Assembly (NCBI GenBank): GCA_015491865.1
Contig: WFVD01000029.1
Span: forward strand, 11,444 to 75,443
Direction of reading: 5' to 3'
DNA: 64,000 nt
Source of the DNA: Gammaproteobacteria bacterium
Lineage (GTDB): Bacteria > Pseudomonadota > Gammaproteobacteria > SZUA-140
Under the pieces are notes generated by a model. The model was given only the letters and a program-made list of their open reading frames with translations. It did not search any database and was not told where the DNA came from. Made by a program: the position numbers and the translations under genes. Positions 28,473 through 37,950 of this stretch are shown here, one piece after another (position 1 is the first letter of the stretch; the number at the start of each line of letters is the position of its first letter).

Positions 28473-30014
28473 TTAGCGGCCTCCGGTAACGCCGGAATAC
28501 CTTACCCCTGACAATAGATGCATTTCATGATGCCAGGTTGCAAGATCCTCTCTATTGAACCGGCTCAGTGCGTCGTGTCCACAGGCCCTGGCCATCACCT
28601 GCATAAGCGCTACAGATGCCGTAAAAAAGTTATTCAATTGCACCGCTGACTGAGTAATATCCAGTTTTTTGCGTAACGCCTCGTCCTGGGTTGCGATACC
28701 GGCAGGACAGTTGTCTGTATTGCAGATCCTTGCGGCAACACAGCCAATTGCCTGCATTGCACTATTTGAGATAGCAATACCATCCGCGCCCAGCGCCATC
28801 GCCTTCACAAAATCAATAGGGAGACGAAGACCGCCGGTAATGATCAATGTGACACGACCACTGGCATCTTGCTCATCAAGATAACGACGTGCGCGTGCAA
28901 GCGCCGGGATGGTAGGAACGCTGATATGGTCTCTAAATATTTCTGGTGCCGCACCTGTACCACCGCCGCGCCCATCCAGGATGATGTAATCAGCGCCGGC
29001 ATCCAGAGCAAACTGAATATCTCTCTCTATATGATTTGCACTAAGTTTAAAACCGACTGGGATGCCACCGGTAATCTCCCTGACACGTTCTGAAAACTTT
29101 TTATAATCCTGTACTGTAGAAAGCGCTTTGAACGTCGGCGGAGAGATAGCGGGCTCTCCTTCAGGCACCCCCCTGACGGCTGACACCTTCCCCCTATTTT
29201 TATTCCCGGGTAAATGACCGCCCGTCCCCGTTTTCGCACCTTGCCCACCCTTAAAGTGAAAAGCCTGGACATTCTGGAGCAGCGCCTCACGGTAACCAAA
29301 CCCTGCACTGGCCAGCTCATAGAGATAGCGTGAGTTTTCCGCCTGCTCTTCAGGTAGCATACCCCCCTCACCAGAACAGATGCCGGTGCCAGCGCGCTCA
29401 GCCCCTCGGGCCAGAGCGATCTTTGCCTCTTCAGAGAGTGCACCAAAACTCATATCAGATACAAATAACGGGATCTTTAATGTAAGCGGCTTCTTCGCTT
29501 CAGGCCCGATCACAAGCTCAGTAACGACACGATCACTTTCCATTAAGGGCTTCGTCGCCATCTGTGCGACCATAAGCTGTAGATCATCCCAACGCGGCAA
29601 TAGATCACGAGGCACCCCCATCGAGACCATAGGCCCATGCTGCCCTGTCTTCGTCAACCCCTCTCTGGCAAGCTGATGAACATATTCAAGAGTCGGCTCT
29701 TCCTTTGTCGCAATCGCAACCGGCACTTCTGAACTCTGCGGCCCTCTACCCTCTTTACCGATCTGGTCATCAGTAAAATTTTGATGCGCTCCGTCACAAT
29801 AAGGCAAATTAGCACTATGCTTGCAGGTACATAGAAAAACATCACCCTCTTTTTCGGCAATCATCACCTTTGGAGTAAAGGTAGTTCCAGCGTGCGAACC
29901 ATCACAAAATGGCTGACTTTTAGATCGGCCACAAGTGCAGAAATGATATTCATCACCCTTTGATAGCGTCACTTTTACAGGTTTAATTCCTGCAATAACA
30001 GGGTTGCTCATCAC
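28473..30014 (-). CDS. Fusion protein: two N-terminal CDGSH-type [2Fe-2S] domains plus a glutamate-synthase-like FMN-binding (GltS) domain.
   Basis: The N-terminus contains two C-x-C-x2-S-x4-P-x-CDG(S/A)H motifs (CTCGRSKSQPFCDGSH and CTCKHSANLPYCDGAH). The C-terminal ~430 aa is collinear with the GltB FMN domain (DMSFGALS, GEGG, DGRGGGTGAAP, CNTDNCPAGIATQ). It lies 58 bp downstream of rubrerythrin on the same strand. Confidence 0.7.
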   Translation of the reverse strand: MMSNPVIAGIKPVKVTLSKGDEYHFCTCGRSKSQPFCDGSHAGTTFTPKVMIAEKEGDVFLCTCKHSANLPYCDGAHQNFTDDQIGKEGRGPQSSEVPVAIATKEEPTLEYVHQLAREGLTKTGQHGPMVSMGVPRDLLPRWDDLQLMVAQMATKPLMESDRVVTELVIGPEAKKPLTLKIPLFVSDMSFGALSEEAKIALARGAERAGTGICSGEGGMLPEEQAENSRYLYELASAGFGYREALLQNVQAFHFKGGQGAKTGTGGHLPGNKNRGKVSAVRGVPEGEPAISPPTFKALSTVQDYKKFSERVREITGGIPVGFKLSANHIERDIQFALDAGADYIILDGRGGGTGAAPEIFRDHISVPTIPALARARRYLDEQDASGRVTLIITGGLRLPIDFVKAMALGADGIAISNSAMQAIGCVAARICNTDNCPAGIATQDEALRKKLDITQSAVQLNNFFTASVALMQVMARACGHDALSRFNREDLATWHHEMHLLSGVRYSGVTGGR

Positions 30015-30072
30015 CTACATCCTTATATTACGTCAAACCACAACAACGCCCTGCATCTCTGCTGGCTATTAA

Positions 30073-30651
30073 CTACCAGTTTTCCCCCAGCAGTTCAAAG
30101 TATGCCTGCGGATGAAGGCATGCTGGACAGACCGCTGGCGCCTCATCAGCTTCATGCAGATAACCACAATTTTTACAGCGCCAGACAACCTTGCCGTTTC
30201 TTTTAAATACCTGCCCAGCTTCCAGGTTCCTTGCCAGATCCTGGTAGCGCTTGCCATGCTGCTTTTCTGCGATAGAGATGGCGTCGAATGCAGAGGCAAT
30301 CTCGTCAAACCCCTCTTCACGGGCAATCCTGGCAAACGCTGGATACATCTCTTCCCACTCATGCGCTTCACCTGCCGCAGCAGCCTTAAGGTTTTCCAGC
30401 GTGCTGCCAATGCTTCCCGCCGGGAATGACTCCGTTATCTCGACTTCACCACCCTCTAGAAATTTGAAGAATCTTTTTGCGTGCTCTTTCTCCTGACTGG
30501 CTGTCTCTTCAAAGATTTCAGCTATCTGTACCAGCCCCTCTTTTTTCGCCTGACCGGCAAAATAGGTATACCTGTTTCTTGCCTGTGATTCGCCTGCGAA
30601 AGAGATTAAAAGGTTTTTTTCCGTCTGAGTACCTTTGATACTTTTAGTCAT
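30073..30651 (-). CDS. rbr: Rubrerythrin (ferritin-like diiron domain plus C-terminal rubredoxin-like Cys4 domain).
   Basis: The 192-aa protein has E..EH diiron ligands (EGESQARNRY.., EKEHAKRF.., E.QH) and a C-terminal CKNCG...CPAC motif. Confidence 0.85.
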   Translation of the reverse strand: MTKSIKGTQTEKNLLISFAGESQARNRYTYFAGQAKKEGLVQIAEIFEETASQEKEHAKRFFKFLEGGEVEITESFPAGSIGSTLENLKAAAAGEAHEWEEMYPAFARIAREEGFDEIASAFDAISIAEKQHGKRYQDLARNLEAGQVFKRNGKVVWRCKNCGYLHEADEAPAVCPACLHPQAYFELLGENW

Positions 30652-30705
30652 TTATTCCTCCATGTAGTCAACATCAAAACCTGACACGATTATCCACTGC
30701 TATCA

Positions 30706-30717
30706 AATAGCGCTATT
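30706..30717. promoter_or_regulatory. Perfect 12-bp palindrome AATAGCGCTATT, 55-66 nt upstream of the rubrerythrin start codon. Candidate operator for a redox or metal-sensing repressor.
   Basis: Read from the sequence; it is the only perfect palindrome of 12 bp or more in this intergenic region. Confidence 0.3.
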
Positions 30718-30824
30718 AGCGGAGTTTATTTTTAGAGAGTAGGCATCACCCATGACCTCCACCCATTACCTGAAGGAGTGGTGCTCTCACATTCATGAAA
30801 GATCCATTCTCTACTATTCATCGC

Positions 30825-32207
30825 TCAACCACTCAACCCAAGTTCATCACGAGTTGCAATTTGGCGTACTTTCCGCACAGCGACAAAGACGACCCCCAGT
30901 ACAATTGGGATCGCAACGCCGGTGGCGATCTCAACATTAATGGGAAAGCCGCTGGATTTAAGTGCTTTTAGCGCATAAGCGGTAATACTTAGCAGGTAGT
31001 AACTCAGCACCACGACTGAAAGCCCTTCTACTGTCTCCTGCATCCGCAGCTGTAGCTTGGCACGCTTATCCATCGAGGCCAGCAGATCACGGGTCTGCCC
31101 CTCCATGGTAATGTCTACCCGCGTACGCAGGAGTGCCGATGCGCGCGCCACACGGGTTGAGAGTAATTCAAGGTTGCAGTTAACCGATTCACAGGTAGCC
31201 ATTGCCGGCGACAGCCGCTGCTCCATAAATTCATGAAACATCTGCAACCCCTGGATGCGCTGTTCACGCAGCTCCGAAATCCGCATCTTCACAATGTTGT
31301 AATAGGCGGAAGAGGCGTTGAAGCGCTGGTTAGTCTGAGCAGAAATCCGTTCGATCTCTGCGGCTAGATGTGTCAAATCGTCCAGTAGTTTCTGTTCATT
31401 GTCATGACTTTGAAAACCGCAGTTATTATTGGTTAGCTCGGCAAGCTGGCGATCAAAACGCGCCAGCTCAGGAAGATACTGTCGAGCAGTCGAGACAGGC
31501 ATCAACGCCAGCATCCGATAGGTTTCTATCTCCAGCAGGCGCTGCACCAGTCGCCCCGCCTGCCTTCTGCGCAGATCAACATCGTGAATTAAGATGCGCG
31601 CAAAGCCGTCGACATGTATCTTGTTATCTGTCCAGACAATCGCACTGCCCGCCACCACCTTTGCCCCGATAACCGTATTGGAGGCGAAGAGCGCAGAGAG
31701 CTCTTCAAGCGTTCGTTGCGGCCTTGATTTATGCTCAATCGCCAGGTGGGTTGCGGCAATAACCTCTCCCGGCAGGCTCGCTAGCCACTCCTGGGGAACA
31801 TATTTGATCGCCGTCTCTGCAAATGGCACCTCAAACGGCATTTTAATAAAAAAGGTGTACATCGAGAACTCGGTATGGCGCTCCCACTTCAGACGGAACG
31901 ATCCAAATTGCGCACTGAAGTGACGCGCATCCGCTGACGGCAGATTAACGCCATAACGCTCACACAGCTGTGTGATCAGGCGTAGTTCATCAACCACTAC
32001 ATCGCTGGCAGAAAGCAGCGCCAACTGCGACACATGCATCGGTGCCTTCAGTAATTCATGCGGTCTGGCGTGGAGCTCATTGTGAAGCTTGATACGTCGA
32101 GAATACTCCGATACACCCAGTACCGAGCTTCGCAGCGGCTCAAGATCATTTAATGTGGATGACGACCCGGAAACTTCTTCACTCATCTCTGCCAATAACT
32201 CCATCAT
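30825..32207 (-). CDS. Hypothetical membrane-anchored protein: a large cytoplasmic coiled-coil-rich N-domain plus two C-terminal TM helices (DUF3422-like).
   Basis: 460 aa. The C-terminus contains LSVVVLSYYLLSITAYALKAL and ATGVAIPIVLGVVFVAV hydrophobic helices. The N-domain has no recognisable catalytic motif. The family assignment comes from recall of overall architecture and is not verified. Confidence 0.4.
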   Translation of the reverse strand: MMELLAEMSEEVSGSSSTLNDLEPLRSSVLGVSEYSRRIKLHNELHARPHELLKAPMHVSQLALLSASDVVVDELRLITQLCERYGVNLPSADARHFSAQFGSFRLKWERHTEFSMYTFFIKMPFEVPFAETAIKYVPQEWLASLPGEVIAATHLAIEHKSRPQRTLEELSALFASNTVIGAKVVAGSAIVWTDNKIHVDGFARILIHDVDLRRRQAGRLVQRLLEIETYRMLALMPVSTARQYLPELARFDRQLAELTNNNCGFQSHDNEQKLLDDLTHLAAEIERISAQTNQRFNASSAYYNIVKMRISELREQRIQGLQMFHEFMEQRLSPAMATCESVNCNLELLSTRVARASALLRTRVDITMEGQTRDLLASMDKRAKLQLRMQETVEGLSVVVLSYYLLSITAYALKALKSSGFPINVEIATGVAIPIVLGVVFVAVRKVRQIATRDELGLSG

Positions 32208-32327
32208 AGATACGTTAATTCTATTGATAAGCTAACATATCGATCAGCAGTAAAATAGAGCGAAAACATGATGTTTTTGTGACACCAGAACGTGCCTGGA
32301 AAAGAGCTGAGAAGCGCTCAGGCGCTA

Positions 32328-32816
32328 TCAAAGGTAATGCCAGTCGCTAAACATGGCGGCCTGCCCCCTGTGGTGCCCATCGTTGTCGGTAAGGTTCCAC
32401 ACGCAAGCCTGTTCGATACAAAAACGACGCCCGCCCTGTGCGATTCGAACCCCGGAATAGTTTTCAATGTAGCCCTTCGCCTTCACTTCATTAAGCAGTT
32501 GCATACGCTCAACCCGGCTCGGCTGCTCTGCAGAATAGCGAGACTGCAAGTTCGTTATCTCGTCCCACGTCATATTAAACAGTTTCATAGCCGTTTTATT
32601 GGCGTAGTTAAAGCGAGGTTCAGCTTCAGTGCCATGCGAAATTAAGGCAAAAGGGGCGTTGAATAGCGACTGCGCGAAAGCACTATCAGCAGCTAAATCG
32701 AGCCCTTGGTGGCGTAGCATTCCCACCCCTATCTGCTTTCCTGTCAGCTGATAATAGCTTCGCACCACCATTGCGATATGTTCACAATAAAACTGATTCT
32801 CTTCCGCTGGCCCCAT
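32328..32816 (-). CDS. MEKHLA/PAS-like small sensory domain protein.
   Basis: The 162-aa soluble protein contains ...LFNAPFALISHGTEAEPRFNYANKTAMKLFNMTWDEI... I recall this as resembling the bacterial MEKHLA (PAS-like) family. Moderate confidence. Confidence 0.4.
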   Translation of the reverse strand: MGPAEENQFYCEHIAMVVRSYYQLTGKQIGVGMLRHQGLDLAADSAFAQSLFNAPFALISHGTEAEPRFNYANKTAMKLFNMTWDEITNLQSRYSAEQPSRVERMQLLNEVKAKGYIENYSGVRIAQGGRRFCIEQACVWNLTDNDGHHRGQAAMFSDWHYL

Positions 32817-33043
32817 ATCCCCCTCACAAAAATAATTCCAATATTAAAATAATAACAATCGGTTACAAGCTAAACTTAAACTTATAATCACTAAGCAGAA
32901 GATATCTGGCATTTGTTATTTTTCAAGCAGGGTTTTTCTCATACAATGGATTGCAGGCAACAGAGACCGAGATTGCATTTACAAGACTTAAAACATACCA
33001 GCCCCAGGCAAAAGAGCTCAATTAACCCCACTGACTACTGGCC

Positions 33044-33970
33044 GTGACCCTAACACAGATAACATTACTGATGGTGCTATGCGGCATCGCACTACTTATC
33101 TCGGCGCTTAAGCCGATTAGAAATATTTTCGCCTGCAAAAACCAGGCGGGGCATGGCTGGCGCACCCTCTACCGCTTTATATTCCTGCTGGCTGGTGGCT
33201 ATCTGCTCTTCGGCTATCATCTTGTAACAGGCGAAGCAACCTTTAACGAGCTAGTAGCAGCAGCGGCCTTGCTCGGCAGCGGCTGTTTTATCTTTATGGT
33301 GAGCCATCTTAGCCTGAAGGGCATTCGTAACCTGAATGATGCTGTTCAGGTTGAGCGTTACCGCGCGCTGCACGATCCGCTGACATCACTCCCCAATAGA
33401 ATTCTCTTTTATGAACGTATTGATCATGCGCTCAGTTTTGCAAAGCGGGAGAAAAAAGAGATCGCCATCATGATTATCGACCTCAATGAGTTCAAAGAGG
33501 TTAACGATACCCTTGGTCACCAGGCGGGTGACACCCTACTTCTACAGGCATCACAGCGATTAAAAAGCCTGCTACGAGAATCGGATACACTGGCCCGTTT
33601 TGGCGGTGATGAGTTCGCGATTATTCTCCCTCAAACCGAAAAAATGCAGGCCTACATGTTAGCCGAACGCCTGACAAGCGCCATTCTCGAACCATTTACC
33701 ATTGAGAGAAAGTCGTTGACGATCGGCATGAGTGTCGGAATTTCCATGTACCCACACCATGGAAGTGATAGCAATACATTAATCAAGCATGCAGATATTG
33801 CGATGTATAGCGCTAAAAGATATCAAAAATCATTTTTACTCTTCAAGGAGGAGATGCAAGAGGAGCCAGGCGTTAATCTCAACCTGAACCTCAATCTGGA
33901 TCTTGTACATGCAGCCTCAGTACAGGGGCAGCACCGAACTGCCGAAAATGAAAAGCGAGTGCTTAACTAA
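33044..33970 (+). CDS. Membrane-anchored diguanylate cyclase (GGDEF domain).
   Basis: Two to three N-terminal TM helices, then a GGDEF domain with an intact RFGGDEF active site and an RxxD-like I-site context. GTG start. The C-terminus has an (NL)n low-complexity tail. Confidence 0.8.
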   Translation: MTLTQITLLMVLCGIALLISALKPIRNIFACKNQAGHGWRTLYRFIFLLAGGYLLFGYHLVTGEATFNELVAAAALLGSGCFIFMVSHLSLKGIRNLNDAVQVERYRALHDPLTSLPNRILFYERIDHALSFAKREKKEIAIMIIDLNEFKEVNDTLGHQAGDTLLLQASQRLKSLLRESDTLARFGGDEFAIILPQTEKMQAYMLAERLTSAILEPFTIERKSLTIGMSVGISMYPHHGSDSNTLIKHADIAMYSAKRYQKSFLLFKEEMQEEPGVNLNLNLNLDLVHAASVQGQHRTAENEKRVLN

Positions 33971-33977
33971 ATCGCCA

Positions 33978-34850
33978 TTAACAGGGTTTATCGCCCCTCT
34001 CTTCTGATGGCACCTCGAACATTGCCGGGCTCTCAAATGAAACTGCGCCCAGCTTTCCAGCCCGCAGCTCTTTTAATAAAATCTCTGAAGCTTTATGTAG
34101 ATCGACCACCCCACCCGGGCGCAGGCAGCCGCGCTTTCGCCCAATCGCCTCCAGTAACACCATCGCGCTTGCAGGCAGTTCTGTCAATTTGTAGCGCGCC
34201 ATCAACGCCTGTGGGTATTGCTGCAGTAGAAACTCACCGGCGTAGAGGGCAATATCCTCAAAGGTGATCGCCGCATTTTTAATCGCCCCCGTCACCGCCA
34301 GGCGGTAACCGCTATTTTCATCTTCCATTCGTGGCCAGAGGATGCCTGGTGTGTCTGAGAGTACAATCCCATTACCCAGACTTATCCGCTGCTGCTGTTT
34401 TGTCACCGCCGGCTCATCCCCTACCCTGGCAATCGATCGCCCGGCCAGTGCGTTAATCAATGTCGATTTACCGACATTCGGAATCCCCATAATCATGGTT
34501 CGTATCGGCTCACCTCGCTGCGCTCTGAGCGGTACCATTTCACGGCACAACCCCACTATCTTACGCGCCTCGTCTATGTGTGTGGTCGTCATGGGCACTG
34601 CCCTGATTCCCTCCTGCCGAGAAAAATAGCTCAGCCACTCGGCTGTCACGGCAGGCTCGGCCAGATCCGATTTATTCAATATTTTGAGACAGGGACGAGA
34701 CCCACGTAGCGTTTTCACCACCGGGTTTTCACTACTAAAGGGAATGCGTGCATCCATCACCTCAATCACCAGATCAACCTGAGGCATCACCTCCTTGATC
34801 TGCTTCTGGGCCTTGTGCATATGCCCGGGATACCAGATTACTGCCATCAT
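33978..34850 (-). CDS. rbgA: Ribosome biogenesis GTPase A (YlqF/RbgA family, circularly permuted GTPase).
   Basis: Motifs in permuted order: ILNKSDL (G4), then GIPNVGKST (G1), then DTPG (G3). The N-terminus MAVIWYPGHMHKA matches YlqF. Confidence 0.8.
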   Translation of the reverse strand: MMAVIWYPGHMHKAQKQIKEVMPQVDLVIEVMDARIPFSSENPVVKTLRGSRPCLKILNKSDLAEPAVTAEWLSYFSRQEGIRAVPMTTTHIDEARKIVGLCREMVPLRAQRGEPIRTMIMGIPNVGKSTLINALAGRSIARVGDEPAVTKQQQRISLGNGIVLSDTPGILWPRMEDENSGYRLAVTGAIKNAAITFEDIALYAGEFLLQQYPQALMARYKLTELPASAMVLLEAIGRKRGCLRPGGVVDLHKASEILLKELRAGKLGAVSFESPAMFEVPSEERGDKPC

Positions 34851-34994
34851 TTACCCCAATAAAAAAAGGGCCCCACCATAGCTTGCCCAGACAAAAAATA
34901 CGAATTTAGTTAGACACTACCCGCCCCCAATGAAAAATGCTGAAGCTGCTCAGCGCTTCACTAAATTATCCTTCTGCACATAGAAGAGAGATTA

Positions 34995-35420
34995 TCAGTA
35001 CCCTCCAACAATGTAGTCGATCGCAATCTGCAACACTTTCCGCCACGACACCTCCAGCTGATCATTAAACTCAGGGTCATGTTCGGAAACGGCCTGAACC
35101 AGGCTATCTACCCATAATGTGTATAAATGGGGTTCGATGTTCAGCCCACTGCGACTATGCGACTCTCTGATCCTTCCCACCGCATTTTTTGCAATCTTGT
35201 TTTCCTGTGGAAATAGAATCACCATATTGACAGACATTGCCAGCAGCTCCTGCTGCTTTTCCAGATCTGTATTCACAAACTTACGCGCGATTTCAGGGCT
35301 GCTCGCCAGAAATATCTCATAAAACCGCCCAAGGAAATCACGTTTTGCTATCGATCGCCCATAACTGAGCCGAACCCTTGAAATATCCTCTTTCATTCCC
35401 AATTCCCCGTCCTTAGCCAT
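34995..35420 (-). CDS. Single-domain globin (bacterial haemoglobin / sensor-globin-like).
   Basis: FYEIFLASSPEIARKF...RIRESHSRSGLNIEPHLYTLWVDSLVQAV matches the globin fold signature (FYxxFFxxxPExxxxF ... HxxxGVxxEHYxxVGxxLLxxL). The start is uncertain; I take MAKDGEL, and the ORF track begins at 35453. Confidence 0.6.
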   Translation of the reverse strand: MAKDGELGMKEDISRVRLSYGRSIAKRDFLGRFYEIFLASSPEIARKFVNTDLEKQQELLAMSVNMVILFPQENKIAKNAVGRIRESHSRSGLNIEPHLYTLWVDSLVQAVSEHDPEFNDQLEVSWRKVLQIAIDYIVGGY

Positions 35421-35858
35421 CAGCGGCTGAAAGCACACCTCACGACTCACCAAAAATACAGGCTACTCCTCGATAGAGAAAAAAGATTAAAGACACATCT
35501 TTCCATCTAAAAACCAAGAAAGATTGAACACAAGCACTACATGACGCATCAAAAAAATACGGACTCTTGCAAACCATCTTTATTGCCGAAATTCACTGCC
35601 TATTACCAGAACCCTCGCCTTTCCGGGCTAACGCTAGCCAGCAGGAACGGCGATGCAAATAAGCAACCACCTATATCCTACTAAAGCTGCGGCGGGATTA
35701 TATGTACTAATGTCACAAATAAAAACAATGTAGTTTCATCAACTATTATCCACCGCACCTCACCCTGATCACAGTGACTGACAACAAAAGATTCCCTCAT
35801 TAGAATATATCAAACTAAATAATAATATTAATAGAAGCGCTTTATATGGAAAGAGGCA

Positions 35859-37883
35859 TTAACTACCCGGCAGACCAAGCCCTGAGTTCTGAATCTGGTG
35901 GATTTGATCTCGCAGTTTTGCAGCCATCTCAAAATCGAGGTCTCGTGCGTGCTGATACATCGCTTTTTCGAGCTGTGAAATCTTTTTAGCCAGTTTCTCA
36001 GGCGACAGTGCTGCGTAATCAGCCACCTCCTCTGCAACGTTAGCAGCCTCTCTGGCGCGCTTCTGGCCCGTCGCCACTCCGACTTCCATCACGTCGGCAA
36101 TCGCCTTCTCTATCCCTTTGGGGGTGATGCCGTGCTGTTTGTTATGTGCAAGCTGCCTGCGACGCCGCCGCTCAGTCTCATCCAGCGCACGCCTCATGGA
36201 GCCGGTAATCTTGTCTGCATAGAGGATCGCACGACCGCTGAGGTTTCGCGCAGCGCGGCCAATGGTCTGGATCAGGGAGCGATCTGAACGAAGGAAACCC
36301 TCCTTATCGGCATCTAAAATGGCAACCAAAGAAACCTCTGGTATATCAAGGCCTTCTCGAAGCAAGTTAATGCCAACTAGTACATCAAACTCACCCAATC
36401 GCAGGTCGCGCAGGATCTCCATACGCTCCACCGTGTCGATATCGGAGTGGAGATATCGCACACAGATGCCATGCTCCTCCAGGTATTCGGTCAGGTTTTC
36501 AGACATCCGCTTAGTCAGGGTAGTCACCAGTACCCGCTCCTCCTTATCAACACGCTTACGGATTTCAGAGAGCAGATCATCCACCTGGGTGGTCGCTGGC
36601 CGCACCTCGACCTCGGGATCAACCAGACCGGTCGGTCGCACCACCTGCTCAACCACCGCCCCACTGTGCTCTTTTTCATACGGCCCCGGTGTCGCCGAAA
36701 CATAGATCGTCTGCGGGGCGATACGCTCAAACTCCTCAAAGCACATTGGACGGTTATCGAGCGCCGACGGCAGACGAAAACCGTACTCCACCAGTGTCAT
36801 CTTACGTGACCGATCCCCTTTGTACATGCCACCAATTTGAGGGATCGTCACATGACTCTCATCGATCACCAGCAGCGCATTATCGGGCAGATAGTCAAAT
36901 AGCGTCGGCGGTGCGTCACCCGGCTCTCGCCCAGAGAGGTAGCGCGAGTAATTTTCAATCCCGGAGCAGTATCCCAGCTCCTTGATCATCTCCAGATCAA
37001 AGAGGGTGCGCTGCTCAAGACGCTGCGCCTCTACCAGCTTGTTGGCCTTATGCAACTGCGCCAGACGCTCCCGCAGCTCGTGACGAATCTTCTCCATCGC
37101 ATCCACCAGCGTCTCCTCAGGGGTTACATAGTGGCTCTTGGGGTAGATTGTCAGACGCGGCACACGGCGCAGCACCTCACCAGTAAGCGGGTCAAAATAG
37201 CTGAGTGATTCGACTTCATCATCGAAAAGCTCAATCCGCACCGCTTCAAAATCCGATTCAGCGGGAAAGATATCGATCACATCGCCGCGTACACGGTAAG
37301 TGGCGCGGTGCAGTTCAATATCGTTGCGTGTATATTGCAGCTCAGCGAGGCGGCGTAAAATATCGCGCTGATCTATCACCTCCCCCTTTGAGAGGTGCAG
37401 CACCATACTGAGATAGGCGCGCGGATCACCCAGACCATAGATCGATGAGACCGAAGCGACGATCACTGCATCGGGTCGCTCCAGTAGTGATTTAGTCGCC
37501 GACAGGCGCATCTGCTCGATATGCTCATTGATCGAGGCGTCCTTCTCGATAAACATATCAGACGATGGCACATAGGCCTCTGGCTGATAGTAGTCATAGT
37601 AGGAGACAAAATATTCGACCGCATTATTGGGGAAAAACTCTTTCATCTCGCCATAGAGCTGTGCGGCCAGTGTCTTGTTGGGTGCCATGATAATCGTTGG
37701 GCGCTGCACCTGCTGAATCACATTGGCGATCGTAAAGGTCTTGCCCGAACCGGTCACACCCAGCAACGTCTGCGATGCAAGCCCATCGGCCAGCCCTTCA
37801 ACCAGCTGTCGAATGGCGTTGGGTTGATCTCCGGCAGGCTTAAAACGGGATGATACTGAAAATCTTTGGCTTCTTTCACTCAT
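35859..37883 (-). CDS. uvrB: Excinuclease ABC subunit B.
   Basis: 674 aa with helicase motifs ([12 protein letters not shown]), a beta-hairpin and a C-terminal UvrC-interaction coiled coil. Collinear with UvrB. Confidence 0.9.
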   Translation of the reverse strand: MSERSQRFSVSSRFKPAGDQPNAIRQLVEGLADGLASQTLLGVTGSGKTFTIANVIQQVQRPTIIMAPNKTLAAQLYGEMKEFFPNNAVEYFVSYYDYYQPEAYVPSSDMFIEKDASINEHIEQMRLSATKSLLERPDAVIVASVSSIYGLGDPRAYLSMVLHLSKGEVIDQRDILRRLAELQYTRNDIELHRATYRVRGDVIDIFPAESDFEAVRIELFDDEVESLSYFDPLTGEVLRRVPRLTIYPKSHYVTPEETLVDAMEKIRHELRERLAQLHKANKLVEAQRLEQRTLFDLEMIKELGYCSGIENYSRYLSGREPGDAPPTLFDYLPDNALLVIDESHVTIPQIGGMYKGDRSRKMTLVEYGFRLPSALDNRPMCFEEFERIAPQTIYVSATPGPYEKEHSGAVVEQVVRPTGLVDPEVEVRPATTQVDDLLSEIRKRVDKEERVLVTTLTKRMSENLTEYLEEHGICVRYLHSDIDTVERMEILRDLRLGEFDVLVGINLLREGLDIPEVSLVAILDADKEGFLRSDRSLIQTIGRAARNLSGRAILYADKITGSMRRALDETERRRRRQLAHNKQHGITPKGIEKAIADVMEVGVATGQKRAREAANVAEEVADYAALSPEKLAKKISQLEKAMYQHARDLDFEMAAKLRDQIHQIQNSGLGLPGS

Positions 37884-37950
37884 TAGGGATTCTGCAAACT
37901 GACTTTCTCAAGTATATTACAGACTGCCGATAGAGGTTTAACAATTTTGC

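Noticed and set aside
32430-32470. tRNA-like T-loop string GCGATTCGAACCCCGG
   Set aside because: The flanks do not form T-arm or acceptor stems. There is no CCA end or anticodon arm. It lies inside the MEKHLA-like coding sequence.
33870-33910. Short tandem repeat as a possible CRISPR or mobile-element remnant
   Set aside because: It is only a 6-bp unit repeated five times, in frame within a GGDEF gene. There are no spacers, no cas genes and no terminal inverted repeats. Nothing in the window resembles a CRISPR array, IS element, integrase or prophage.
36262-36809. 147- and 120-aa plus-strand ORFs inside uvrB
   Set aside because: They are antisense to uvrB with Arg/Ser-rich composition and no homology features.
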